NCBI GenBank assembly: GCA_964407595.1
Contig: CAYOWE010000001.1
Span: 16,643 to 57,936 of the forward strand
Source of the DNA: an uncultured Candidatus Saccharibacteria bacterium
GTDB taxonomy: Bacteria > Patescibacteriota > Minisyncoccia > Portnoybacterales > UBA2143
DNA: 41,294 nucleotides
Direction of reading: 5' to 3'
This document shows, one piece after another, positions 1 through 8,485 of the stretch. The notes beneath the pieces are model-generated. The model ran no database searches, had not been told where the DNA came from, and saw nothing but the letters and a program-made list of their open reading frames with translations. Position 1 is the stretch's first letter. Every line of letters starts with the position of its first letter. Made by a program: the position numbers and the translations under genes.

Positions 1-670
1 CAGCTGTTTGATAACAAAAGCCATCTGGGCCTTTTTTAATACCCGGTTGGCCAAGGACAGCCATTGGTTCAATAGCTAAAACCGTGCCTAATTTCAACAC
101 TTCTCCTTTGTGCTGCTGACCAAAATTAGGAATATCTGGCTTTTCATGAAGTTGACGGCCAACGCCATGACCGCAAAGCTGTCGGACTACTTGAAAACCC
201 TGCGCCTGAACATATTTTTGAATAGTAAAAGAAATATCACCAATTGTCTTACTGGGTTTAGCGCAAGCAATAGCTCTTTTTAACGCTATTTGAGTCACTT
301 GGATTAATCGTCTAACTTCCGGAGAAACCGAACCAATGGCTAAAGTCACGGCCATATCAGAATAAAAATCCTTATAAATAAGACCTAAATCTAAACTCAA
401 AATATCTCCCTCTTTTAATTCTCTCTTTGAGGGAACACCATGAACAATTTGTTCATTAATGGAAGTACATAAACTAGCCGGGAAACCGCCATATCCCTTA
501 AAAGCTGGCTTGGCGCCGGATTTTAAAATAAGCTCTTCCGCGAGCTTATCTAATTCTTGAGTAGTCAGACCTGGCTTAACTTCGGCTTTTAATTTTCTGA
601 TAACTTTAGCCAGTTTTTGACCAGCTTGAGCCATAATGGCAATTTCTTCCGGAGTTTTGATAAATATCAT
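1..670 (-). CDS. map: Methionine aminopeptidase type I (C-terminal part runs off the window edge)
   Basis: My own minus-strand translation from the ATG at 668-670 gives MIFIKTPEEIAIMAQAGQKL...CGHGVGRQLHEKPDIPNF, which is MetAP-like. It sits downstream of adk, as in spc clusters. Confidence 0.85.
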   Translation of the reverse strand, partial: MIFIKTPEEIAIMAQAGQKLAKVIRKLKAEVKPGLTTQELDKLAEELILKSGAKPAFKGYGGFPASLCTSINEQIVHGVPSKRELKEGDILSLDLGLIYKDFYSDMAVTLAIGSVSPEVRRLIQVTQIALKRAIACAKPSKTIGDISFTIQKYVQAQGFQVVRQLCGHGVGRQLHEKPDIPNFGQQHKGEVLKLGTVLAIEPMAVLGQPGIKKGPDGFCYQTA

Positions 671-676
671 AAGAAA

Positions 677-1348
677 TTACTTTTTAATTAAAGCTTTTTT
701 AACCTCTTGACGAACATCCTCAATTGGCTGTTCGCCGCTAACCCTAATCAATTTTCCTTGCTTTTTATAATAATCAACGGCTGGTTGAACATCTTTTTCG
801 TAAAAATCCAAACGGGCTTTAATGGCCTCTGGTTTGTCATCAAAACGAGTTATTAATTCTCCGCCACATTGAGGGCATCTTTTTAATTTCTTAGACTGGC
901 CTATCCAGGGAATTTGTTGACCGCATTTTTTGCAAATTCGACGTTTAGTCAACCGGCCAAATGCCTCTTTATTGGAAATATCTAATAAAATAACTTTAAT
1001 GTTTGTCCATTCATACCATTCAAAAATATCATCCATTAATTCTGCTTCCAGTAAGGAACGAGGACTGCCATCAATAATCAATCCGCCTAAGTTTAATTTA
1101 TCCTTTTTTTCTCCTATTTTCTCGCTCCAGAGATGAGATATGAAAAAAGTTGGAGCCAGATCACCTTTACTGATAACCTTGTTTAGTTTTTTTCCGGAAA
1201 AATCATCTTTTTTTATTCTAGCTCGCAATAAATCTCCGCTGCTCAAATAATCAAAGCCGAACTCCTTTTGAATAAATTTAGCCTGGGTTCCTTTGCCGCA
1301 GCCGGACCGACCCATTAAAACAATAATTTGTGGTTGTTGATTGGACAT
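677..1348 (-). CDS. adk: Adenylate kinase with Cys4 zinc lid
   Basis: The 223-aa ORF has the P-loop GRSGCGKGTQ and a CKKCG...CPQCGG lid. It lies between secY and map. Confidence 0.9.
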   Translation of the reverse strand: MSNQQPQIIVLMGRSGCGKGTQAKFIQKEFGFDYLSSGDLLRARIKKDDFSGKKLNKVISKGDLAPTFFISHLWSEKIGEKKDKLNLGGLIIDGSPRSLLEAELMDDIFEWYEWTNIKVILLDISNKEAFGRLTKRRICKKCGQQIPWIGQSKKLKRCPQCGGELITRFDDKPEAIKARLDFYEKDVQPAVDYYKKQGKLIRVSGEQPIEDVRQEVKKALIKK

Positions 1349-1351
1349 AGA

Positions 1352-2635
1352 TTAAAATCCTTCGTAATCCCTCATGGTTAACTGGCTGCCAACTTGACGC
1401 ATCATTTCCAAAACCACTGAAACAATAATCAGCAGAGCCGTGCCGCCAATAGCAAAGCCGAAGGCAGTTATGCCAGTGGCCCCTTGAACAATGGAAGGCA
1501 AAACAGCGATGGTCCCCAAGAAAATAGCTCCGCAAAGCAAAACTCGGTTAAGAATAAAATAAAGAAAATCAGAAGTTGGTCGGCCTGGCCGAATACCGGG
1601 AATAAAACCACCCATTTTTTGTAAATTATTAGCTACATTCTTCGGGTCAAAAGTAACCGCTGTGTAAAAATAAGTAAAGAGAACAACTAAAGCAAAATAA
1701 GCCGCCCCGTAAAACCAGGCGTTCTGGAAAAGACGGCCTACTATTTGAGCCATATTGGCTAACCAGCCAATCTGGGAAGTGCCTAAAAAATTAGCCACCA
1801 TGCCCGGAAAAAGCATAATCGATAAAGCAAAAATAATTGGGATAACCCCGGCTGGATTAATATTCAAAGGCAAATAAGTAGAGACGCCGCCGTAGATACG
1901 ATGACCGCGGACTCGTTTAGCATAAGAAACTGGGATATTGCGTCGTCCTTCAGTAATAATAACTACCCCGCTAGTGATAACTAAAGCCAAAGCCAAAAAA
2001 GCAAGATAAGAAGGAATTTTAGAAGGGTCATAAGTCACGGCCATTTCTCTAATTGAAAGAGGCACCCGCGAAACAATTCCGGCAAAAATTAATAAGGAAA
2101 CCCCATTGCCAATACCTTTTTCAGAAATTAGCTCACCCAGCCACATTAAAAATAAAGCGCCGGCCATAATCACTGAAATAGAAGTGAACCATTGCATTGG
2201 CGAAAGCGAACCAATGATATTCTGCCGACTCAACAGAGTCAACATAGCATAGGACTGTAATCCGGCCAAAGGCACAGTCAACAGACGGCTATATTGATTA
2301 AACTTCTGCCGACCTCGCTCGCCTTCTTCCTTGTAAAGGGCTTCTAATTGGGGAAAAATCATAGTTAAAAGTTGCATAATAATCGTGGCCGTAATAAACG
2401 GTCCCAAACCCAACATGACAATTGATAAATTACTCATGGCCCCGCCGGTAAAAATATTTAAAAGACCAAATAATTGGTTATTGGCAAAAAAATGTTTTAA
2501 TTGCTCCGTATCAATACCAGGCACCGGAATATTAGCCGCCACCCGGAAAACAACCAAAATCATCAAAACAAAAAATATCTTCTTGCGCAGATCTTTAATT
2601 TTGAAGATTTGGATAATCTTATTTAACCATTTCAT
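1352..2635 (-). CDS. secY: Preprotein translocase subunit SecY
   Basis: The 427-aa polytopic membrane ORF follows rplO, which is the typical SecY position, and has the expected length. Confidence 0.95.
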   Translation of the reverse strand: MKWLNKIIQIFKIKDLRKKIFFVLMILVVFRVAANIPVPGIDTEQLKHFFANNQLFGLLNIFTGGAMSNLSIVMLGLGPFITATIIMQLLTMIFPQLEALYKEEGERGRQKFNQYSRLLTVPLAGLQSYAMLTLLSRQNIIGSLSPMQWFTSISVIMAGALFLMWLGELISEKGIGNGVSLLIFAGIVSRVPLSIREMAVTYDPSKIPSYLAFLALALVITSGVVIITEGRRNIPVSYAKRVRGHRIYGGVSTYLPLNINPAGVIPIIFALSIMLFPGMVANFLGTSQIGWLANMAQIVGRLFQNAWFYGAAYFALVVLFTYFYTAVTFDPKNVANNLQKMGGFIPGIRPGRPTSDFLYFILNRVLLCGAIFLGTIAVLPSIVQGATGITAFGFAIGGTALLIIVSVVLEMMRQVGSQLTMRDYEGF

Positions 2636-2693
2636 AATTTTAAATTAAAATTTATAAAAATCATTGAGCAGATAATTTTAAAAAGCATCAGGA

Positions 2694-2738
2694 GGCAAAA
2701 TTGTTTGGTTCCCCGCAGTACTGCGGGGAAATTTTGCC
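2694..2738 (-). promoter_or_regulatory. Nested hairpin in the rplO|secY spacer
   Basis: The arms ggcaaaatt / aattttgcc enclose tccccgcagtactgcgggga (2710-2729). Confidence 0.7.
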
Positions 2739-2788
2739 GGATACTGAGCAAATTTTTCCGCTGGAGAAAAATTTGTGTCTTTTAAAAA

Positions 2789-3262
2789 TTACTTGCCCAG
2801 TGATTTTTTAATTTTTTCCTGAACGCTTTTTGATAACTTAACACCTTTAAATTCTAATTTCTTTTTCATTTCACCTTCCCCTAAAATCTTTACTTGGGGA
2901 ATTCTGCCTCCTATCTTATCAATTAAACCCTTTTTCAACAAGCTTTGTTGAGAAACAATTTCTCCTGCTTTAAATTTTTTTTCGATATCTCTTAAATTAA
3001 GAACAAATGCCTTAACTCGGAATCTGGCCGATTTACTGCCTCGTCTTATTTTAACTTTGCCAACACTGCCTCTTTGCTTGGGGAATCGTTTGGATAAGGG
3101 AGTGTCGCCACCAGCAAAACCCTGTCGCGGTTTGCGACCAGCCCGTGATTTTTGTCCTTTAAGACCGCGACCAGAATAAGTCCCTTGTTTGCCGCCGCGA
3201 CCAACGCGTTTGCGAGATTTCTTTTTGTAGACAAGTTTTAGTTGATGTAATTGCATAGTCAA
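2789..3262 (-). CDS. rplO: 50S ribosomal protein L15
   Basis: The 157-aa ORF has the RVGRGGKQGTYSGRGLKGQKSRAG motif and sits after rpsE. Confidence 0.95.
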   Translation of the reverse strand: MTMQLHQLKLVYKKKSRKRVGRGGKQGTYSGRGLKGQKSRAGRKPRQGFAGGDTPLSKRFPKQRGSVGKVKIRRGSKSARFRVKAFVLNLRDIEKKFKAGEIVSQQSLLKKGLIDKIGGRIPQVKILGEGEMKKKLEFKGVKLSKSVQEKIKKSLGK

Positions 3263-3303
3263 ATTTCTAATAAATCCTACCTTAGATTGATAAAAATTAG
3301 AAA

Positions 3304-3765
3304 TTAAGATTTAGGAATTCTTAAACTTTTTAATGCTTTAATCGTTGCCTGAGCATTGTTAAGTTTATTACCGGTCCGACCAATTATCTTAGCTGAAATA
3401 TTTCCAATACCAGCTAAGTTACAAATTACCCGCACCGCTCCCCCGGCCACAATTCCTCGGCCAGGACGGCCTGGTTTTAATAAAACTTTGGCGCTGCTAT
3501 ACTTGGCCTCTACTTGATGGGGAATAGTCCCCTTTAATAAAGGTATCTTGATTAAATGTTTTTTTGCCTTGGCCGTCGCCTTTTCCACCGCTAAACTAAC
3601 ATCCTGGCCCTTAGCTACCCCCAAACCCACCTCACCCTTCTGATTACCAATGACCATGACGACCCGAAATCTAAAGCGCCGGCCGCCAGCCACTACCCGC
3701 ACTACCCGGGCCACATCAAGTAATTTTTGTTCGTATTCAGTTTTCTCTAGTTGTTGGTTAAACAT
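3304..3765 (-). CDS. rpsE: 30S ribosomal protein S5
   Basis: The 153-aa ORF has S5 dsRBD-like and C-terminal motifs (VVRVVAGGRRFRF, GRGIVAGG) and is in operon order. Confidence 0.95.
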   Translation of the reverse strand: MFNQQLEKTEYEQKLLDVARVVRVVAGGRRFRFRVVMVIGNQKGEVGLGVAKGQDVSLAVEKATAKAKKHLIKIPLLKGTIPHQVEAKYSSAKVLLKPGRPGRGIVAGGAVRVICNLAGIGNISAKIIGRTGNKLNNAQATIKALKSLRIPKS

Positions 3766-3804
3766 AGTAAATTTTTAGAAGTGACGCTCTCAAAAAATTA
3801 GTCA

Positions 3805-4155
3805 TTAAAACTTAAGTCCCTCTTCTCTGGCTCCTTCAGCCATTGCTTTGACTCGACCATGATATTTATAGCCGCCTCGGTCAAAAACAACCTTTTTAAT
3901 TTTTTTCTCCAGGGCTTTCTTAGCTACTAGCCGGCCAACTTCCTTAGCCAACTGCATTTTAGTTAATCCTTTCTTATTTTTAATCTTGAGGTCGTCAAAA
4001 CTAACCAAGGTTTCTCTTTTATTATCATCAACTAACTGAGCAGAGATATGCTGATTGCTTCGAAAAACAGAAAAACGAGGGCATTCTTTAGTCCCCTTTA
4101 CTTTTGCTCTCACTCGCCTATGTCGTCGATAAAGTTTGGCTTGTTTTAATTGCAT
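3805..4155 (-). CDS. rplR: 50S ribosomal protein L18
   Basis: The 116-aa ORF contains [12 protein letters not shown]...[14 protein letters not shown] and is in operon order. Confidence 0.95.
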   Translation of the reverse strand: MQLKQAKLYRRHRRVRAKVKGTKECPRFSVFRSNQHISAQLVDDNKRETLVSFDDLKIKNKKGLTKMQLAKEVGRLVAKKALEKKIKKVVFDRGGYKYHGRVKAMAEGAREEGLKF

Positions 4156-4160
4156 AAAAT

Positions 4161-4730
4161 TTATTCAGTGGTAGCGGCCTTCTTTCCTGCCTTTCTTCTA
4201 ATAACTTCCCCGAGATAGTGAATCCCTTTGCCTTTATAGGGCTCGGGTTTGCGATAAGCCCTAATTTTAGCGGCTATTTGACCGACCATTTGTTTATCTA
4301 TGCCAGAAATCGTAATGACATTTTTATCTACTTTGAACTCAATTCCGGCTGGCGCGACCACCTCAATAGGATGAGAAAATCCTAAATTTAAAATCAATTT
4401 ATTGTCCTGAAGAGAAGCCCGATAACCAACTCCCTCAATCTCTAATTTTTTTTCGAATCCTTCAGTTACTCCTTTGACCATATTAAAAATTAAAGCTCTC
4501 GATAATCCCCATAAAGCTGAACTATTTTTTGATTTTTCTTGAGGAATAACTTGCAATTCTTTGCCTGGGGCAGCTTCCTTATCTGGTGAATCCCTTAAAA
4601 TCAACTTAATTTGAGGAGGAATAGATTGACTTAATTCCCCTTGGGGACCCTTTACTTTAATCTCCTGCTGATTAATTTTTATTTCTACGTTTTCTGGAAT
4701 GATAATTAATTGTTTACCGATTTTTGACAT
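4161..4730 (-). CDS. rplF: 50S ribosomal protein L6
   Basis: The 189-aa ORF begins [12 protein letters not shown] and contains PEPYKGKGI. It is in operon order. Confidence 0.95.
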   Translation of the reverse strand: MSKIGKQLIIIPENVEIKINQQEIKVKGPQGELSQSIPPQIKLILRDSPDKEAAPGKELQVIPQEKSKNSSALWGLSRALIFNMVKGVTEGFEKKLEIEGVGYRASLQDNKLILNLGFSHPIEVVAPAGIEFKVDKNVITISGIDKQMVGQIAAKIRAYRKPEPYKGKGIHYLGEVIRRKAGKKAATTE

Positions 4731-4745
4731 AAATTTGACATAAAT

Positions 4746-5135
4746 TTACCAAATTTCACATAAAATTTCGCCGCCTAATCCTTTTTTCTTAGCTTCCTTG
4801 TTTGTCATTAACCCCTGAGAAGTAGAAATAATTGCTAAACCATATCCTTGCCTAACTGACTTGACCTGGCTCTTTTTGAGATAGATTCTCTGACCGGGTT
4901 TACTGATTCTCTTTAGCTCTTTGATGACTGGCTGACCTTCTTCGTATTTTAATTTAATTTCTATAATCTTTTTTATTTTTCTTCCCCGAGTAGTTATTGC
5001 CTCAATTAATCCTTCCTTTTCTAAAACCTTAGCTAAATTGAATTTTATTTTAGAAAAAGGAACATTAACTGTCTGATGAGAGACAGCTTGAGCATTTTTT
5101 ATTCTAATTAACATATCAGAGATTGGATCTACCAT
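4746..5135 (-). CDS. rpsH: 30S ribosomal protein S8
   Basis: The 129-aa ORF contains [13 protein letters not shown] and is in operon order. Confidence 0.95.
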   Translation of the reverse strand: MVDPISDMLIRIKNAQAVSHQTVNVPFSKIKFNLAKVLEKEGLIEAITTRGRKIKKIIEIKLKYEEGQPVIKELKRISKPGQRIYLKKSQVKSVRQGYGLAIISTSQGLMTNKEAKKKGLGGEILCEIW

Positions 5136-5314
5136 GATGATTTTTTGACGCCAGGGATTTCTCCTTTCCTGGCTAATTCTCTAAAACATATACGACACAA
5201 ACCAAATTTTCGCGAATAAGCTCTTTTGCGGCCACAGCGAAAACAACGCCGAACAAGACGGGTAGAAAATTTTGGTTTTTTTTGAGCTCTGGCAATAACT
5301 GATTTTTTAGCCAT
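5129..5314 (-). CDS. rpsN: 30S ribosomal protein S14, zinc-binding type Z
   Basis: The 61-aa ORF has CFRCG...CRIC and overlaps rpsH and rplE by a few nt. Confidence 0.95.
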   Translation of the reverse strand: MAKKSVIARAQKKPKFSTRLVRRCFRCGRKRAYSRKFGLCRICFRELARKGEIPGVKKSSW

Positions 5315-5849
5315 GTTTGATGGGAAATCCCAATAACTTAAATAATTCTACTCCCTGTTGATGATTCTTGGCCGTAGTGACCACGACCATTTCTAACCCA
5401 AAAATATTTTTAGTACTTTCCGCAGAAATTTCTGGAAAAATAATTTGTTCTTTAAGGCCAATATTTAAATTACCGGATTGGTCAATGTTCTTTTCAGGCA
5501 AACCATAGAAATCGCGACTGCGCGGTAAAACAATATGAACTAATCTATCTAAGAAATCATACATCCGTTGGCCACGCAAAGTAATCATTAAACCAACAAT
5601 CATCCCTTTTCTTGTCTTAAAAGCCGCTTCGGCTTTTTTAGCTGGACAAGGATTTGCTTTCTGGCCAGTAATCAAAGCTAAATCATGAGCCATTTCCTGA
5701 CGTATTTTCTCGTCTTTAGTATTCGGATTAAATCCAGTATTAACTACTACCTTAATAATTTTTGGCACCGCCAAATTATTACGATAGCCAAATCGTTCTT
5801 TCATCTTCGGGATAACTTCTTTTGTATATTTTTCTTTTAATGATAACAT
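5307..5849 (-). CDS. rplE: 50S ribosomal protein L5
   Basis: The 180-aa ORF is in operon order and has L5-like motifs. Confidence 0.95.
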   Translation of the reverse strand: MLSLKEKYTKEVIPKMKERFGYRNNLAVPKIIKVVVNTGFNPNTKDEKIRQEMAHDLALITGQKANPCPAKKAEAAFKTRKGMIVGLMITLRGQRMYDFLDRLVHIVLPRSRDFYGLPEKNIDQSGNLNIGLKEQIIFPEISAESTKNIFGLEMVVVTTAKNHQQGVELFKLLGFPIKHG

Positions 5850-5861
5850 AACTATCCAAAA

Positions 5862-6167
5862 TTATATTTCTTGATTACACTTCTTACAAATCCGATACTT
5901 CCCTTTTTCAGTCAATCGATAACCAAGGCGGGTTGGCTGACCGCATTTAGGACAAACTAATTTAACATTAGAAACATCGATTGGTTTTGGCACTTCTATA
6001 ATTTGACCTTTTTCTTTTTCTTGTCGAGGACGGCGATGTTTCTTAACAATATTAGCTCCCTCTACTATTACTTTATCCTGACGAGGAAAAGCTTCCAGGA
6101 CTTTAGCTTTTTTGCCTTTATCTTTGCCACTAATGATTAAAACTGTATCTCCTTTTTTTATTTTCAT
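5862..6167 (-). CDS. rplX: 50S ribosomal protein L24 (KOW domain) with C-terminal CxxC...CxxC
   Basis: The 101-aa ORF contains KIKKGDTVLIISGKDKGK and is in operon order. Confidence 0.95.
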   Translation of the reverse strand: MKIKKGDTVLIISGKDKGKKAKVLEAFPRQDKVIVEGANIVKKHRRPRQEKEKGQIIEVPKPIDVSNVKLVCPKCGQPTRLGYRLTEKGKYRICKKCNQEI

Positions 6168-6168
6168 A

Positions 6169-6534
6169 TTACAATACCTCCGGAGCTAACGAAACTATCT
6201 TATCAAACCCCTTTTCTTTTAATTCTCGGGGCACTGGTCCGAAAATGCGACCACCCTTAGGATTAAAGCCGTCAATAATTACTGCCGCATTGTCATCAAA
6301 ACGGATATAGGAACCGTCAGCCCGACGATAGGTCTTTTTTTGGCGAACAATGACTGCCCGAACAATATCTTTTTTCTTAACTGTCTTTCTTGGTTCAGCT
6401 TCTTTAACTGAAGCAACCACAATATCGCCAATTTGGGCATAGCGGCGACGGCTGCCGCCTAAAACCTTAAAACACTGGATGATTTTAGCTCCTGTATTAT
6501 CAGCTACTTTTAATCTTGTTCCTGCTTGAATCAT
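6169..6534 (-). CDS. rplN: 50S ribosomal protein L14
   Basis: The 121-aa ORF begins [17 protein letters not shown]. Confidence 0.97.
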   Translation of the reverse strand: MIQAGTRLKVADNTGAKIIQCFKVLGGSRRRYAQIGDIVVASVKEAEPRKTVKKKDIVRAVIVRQKKTYRRADGSYIRFDDNAAVIIDGFNPKGGRIFGPVPRELKEKGFDKIVSLAPEVL

Positions 6535-6591
6535 GACTATTTTATCGAAATTTATGAGTGTAACGAAATAAATTTCGTTACAAAATTGTCA

Positions 6592-6693
6592 CCCCGCCCT
6601 CTAAGCTGTAACATAATAACAATAATAAAGGTTATTGATAAGTATAATTTACTTTTAACCTTATGCCTTACGGTTAAAGCACAGAGGGCGGGG
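6592..6693 (-). repeat. GC-clamped long hairpin element, copy 1 (rpsQ|rplN spacer)
   Basis: The inverted repeat is ccccgccctct (6592-6602) / agagggcgggg (6683-6693) around an 80-nt AT-rich interior. The interior is homologous to copies 2 to 4. Confidence 0.85.
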
Positions 6694-6726
6694 TAAAGGT
6701 TTGGCAACTAAAAATCCTACGGATTT

Positions 6727-7011
6727 TTAGGCCAAGCCCTTCACTGTCCATTTTTTATCCTTACTTACGGGCCGACATTCTCTAATAATTACCCGGTCAC
6801 CTATTTTAAATTCATTCTTCTCGTCATGCGCTTTATACTTTTTATTAACCCGATATCTTTTTTTATACCGCGGATGTTTTTTTAACCGGGAAACAGAAAC
6901 AACAATGGTTTTATCCATCTTATCACTAATGACCACACCTTTAAGTAGTCGACCTTTTGATTTTCCGCCAGAGGCGGACACGCCTTTGGCAGGTTTTTCC
7001 TCTTTAGTCAT
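6727..7011 (-). CDS. rpsQ: 30S ribosomal protein S17 with short N-terminal extension
   Basis: The 94-aa ORF contains [16 protein letters not shown] and is in operon order. Confidence 0.95.
   Translation of the reverse strand: MTKEEKPAKGVSASGGKSKGRLLKGVVISDKMDKTIVVSVSRLKKHPRYKKRYRVNKKYKAHDEKNEFKIGDRVIIRECRPVSKDKKWTVKGLA
6961..6993 (-). repeat. Same 33-nt module (encodes [11 protein letters not shown]) in the S17 N-terminal extension
   Basis: The sequence is ttttccgccagaggcggacacgcctttggcagg. Confidence 0.8.
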
Positions 7012-7195
7012 AAGCTTCTTTGCTTGAAATAGTTAAAATTCTGGCAATCTCTTTATGTAATTCTCTAATTTGTCTGTGATTTTTAAGTTTTTTGGAAGCC
7101 AAGTCAAATTTAAGCTGACCGAGTTTGTGACGGTCTTGCTCTAAAAGTTCTTTTAATTCTTTAGATGTTTTCTGACGCAATTCTTTTATTTTCAT
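7004..7195 (-). CDS. rpmC: 50S ribosomal protein L29
   Basis: The 63-aa ORF is in operon order between rplP and rpsQ. Confidence 0.92.
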   Translation of the reverse strand: MKIKELRQKTSKELKELLEQDRHKLGQLKFDLASKKLKNHRQIRELHKEIARILTISSKEAYD

Positions 7196-7197
7196 AT

Positions 7198-7605
7198 TTA
7201 TCTACTAATGAACTTTGTTTTAATCGGTAATTTATGGCTGGCCCGGCGCATGGCTTCTTTAGCCATTTCTTCAGGCACACCATCCATTTCAAAGATAATC
7301 CGGCCTGGTTTTATGGGAACGACATAATGATCAACGCTGCCCTTGCCACCGCCCATAGGCACTTCCACTCCTTTTTTAGTCACTGGTTTATCTGGAAAAA
7401 TCCTAATCCAAATCTTGCCGCCTCGTTGAACATATCTGGTCATGGCCCGGCGGGCTGCTTCAATCTGTCGAGCAGTCAGCCAGCAACCATCCAAGGCCTT
7501 TAAACCATAGGAACCAAAAGCTAAATAGCTCCCCCGAGCTGTCTTTTTTCCTCTGGCCCGTCCTTTCTGCCATTTGCGATGTTTAACTTTTTTTGGAGAT
7601 AACAT
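7198..7605 (-). CDS. rplP: 50S ribosomal protein L16
   Basis: The 135-aa ORF begins [11 protein letters not shown] and contains RMGGGKG-like residues. Confidence 0.97.
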   Translation of the reverse strand: MLSPKKVKHRKWQKGRARGKKTARGSYLAFGSYGLKALDGCWLTARQIEAARRAMTRYVQRGGKIWIRIFPDKPVTKKGVEVPMGGGKGSVDHYVVPIKPGRIIFEMDGVPEEMAKEAMRRASHKLPIKTKFISR

Positions 7606-7672
7606 ACCAATTTTCTCAACGAGGCAAAGTCGCTTAAGGCGACCGCCCGCCGAGTTGTTAGAAAATTGAGTA

Positions 7673-7771
7673 CCCCGCCCTCTAAGCTATAACCTAGTAA
7701 TAATGAAGGTTATTAATAAGTATAATTTGCTTTTAGCCTTATACCTTGCAGTTAAAGCATAGAGGGCGGGG
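7673..7771 (-). repeat. GC-clamped long hairpin element, copy 2 (rpsC|rplP spacer)
   Basis: The inverted repeat lies at 7673-7683 / 7761-7771. The interior closely matches copy 1. Confidence 0.85.
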
Positions 7772-7827
7772 TTAAGGTTCTGTTACTAAAATTTATTCGC
7801 TATTACTCCAAATTTTAGACAGAATCC

Positions 7828-8478
7828 TTAAAAAACTTCTCCTTTATAAATCCAAACTTTTACGCCGATAGTGCCATAAGTAGTGTAAGCAGTCGCTTGA
7901 GCATAGTCAATATCAGAACGCAAGGTCTGTAAAGGAATTCTCCCCTTCTTTAGCCATTCTCTCCGGGCAATTTCTGCTCCGTTCAATCTTCCTTTAAGCA
8001 TAACTTTTATTCCCTGAACTTCCTTATTCTGCGTAACTTTACTCAAGGTCTGCTTCATTACTCGGCGATAAGGAAAACGTCTTTCTATCTGACTAACCAT
8101 ATCAGCCGCGACAATAGCTGCTTGCGAGCCAATTTGTTTGATTTCTTCGATTTCTAAACGAACTTCGAGATTAGCTGATTCAGGTTTGCATTTTTGAAGA
8201 ATCTTTTTTATTTCCTGTTTTAACTCTTCAGCACCACTGCCGCCTCGACCAATAACTAATCCGGGCCGAGCTGTTTGAATAATAATATTAATAGAATTAG
8301 CCGAGCGTTCTATTTTAATTGAATTAATTCCTGCTTTATCTACCTTTTTCACAATAAACTCCCGCAATTTAACATCTTGCTCTAAAAATTCCTTATACTT
8401 TCTCTTACTAAACCAGCAGGACTTCCAATCAGCCCCTAGGCCTATTCGAAAAGATAATGGATGAACTTTTTGTCCCAT
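7828..8478 (-). CDS. rpsC: 30S ribosomal protein S3
   Basis: The 216-aa ORF begins MGQKVHPLSFRIG and has a KH domain. Confidence 0.97.
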   Translation of the reverse strand: MGQKVHPLSFRIGLGADWKSCWFSKRKYKEFLEQDVKLREFIVKKVDKAGINSIKIERSANSINIIIQTARPGLVIGRGGSGAEELKQEIKKILQKCKPESANLEVRLEIEEIKQIGSQAAIVAADMVSQIERRFPYRRVMKQTLSKVTQNKEVQGIKVMLKGRLNGAEIARREWLKKGRIPLQTLRSDIDYAQATAYTTYGTIGVKVWIYKGEVF

Positions 8479-8485
8479 AATTGTT

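Noticed and set aside
930-1136. Antisense and shadow ORFs throughout the ORF track. Examples are 930..1136 +, 1278..1535 -, 2385..2648 +, 3046..3234 -, 7234..7503 +, 10895..11302 +, 13326..13532 +, 16495..16773 -, 22602..22856 + and 40137..40466 +.
   Set aside because: Each lies entirely inside, or out of frame with, a confidently identified conserved gene. Their products are low-complexity or hydrophobic translations typical of the opposite strand of AT-rich genes, and none has a promoter or SD sequence.
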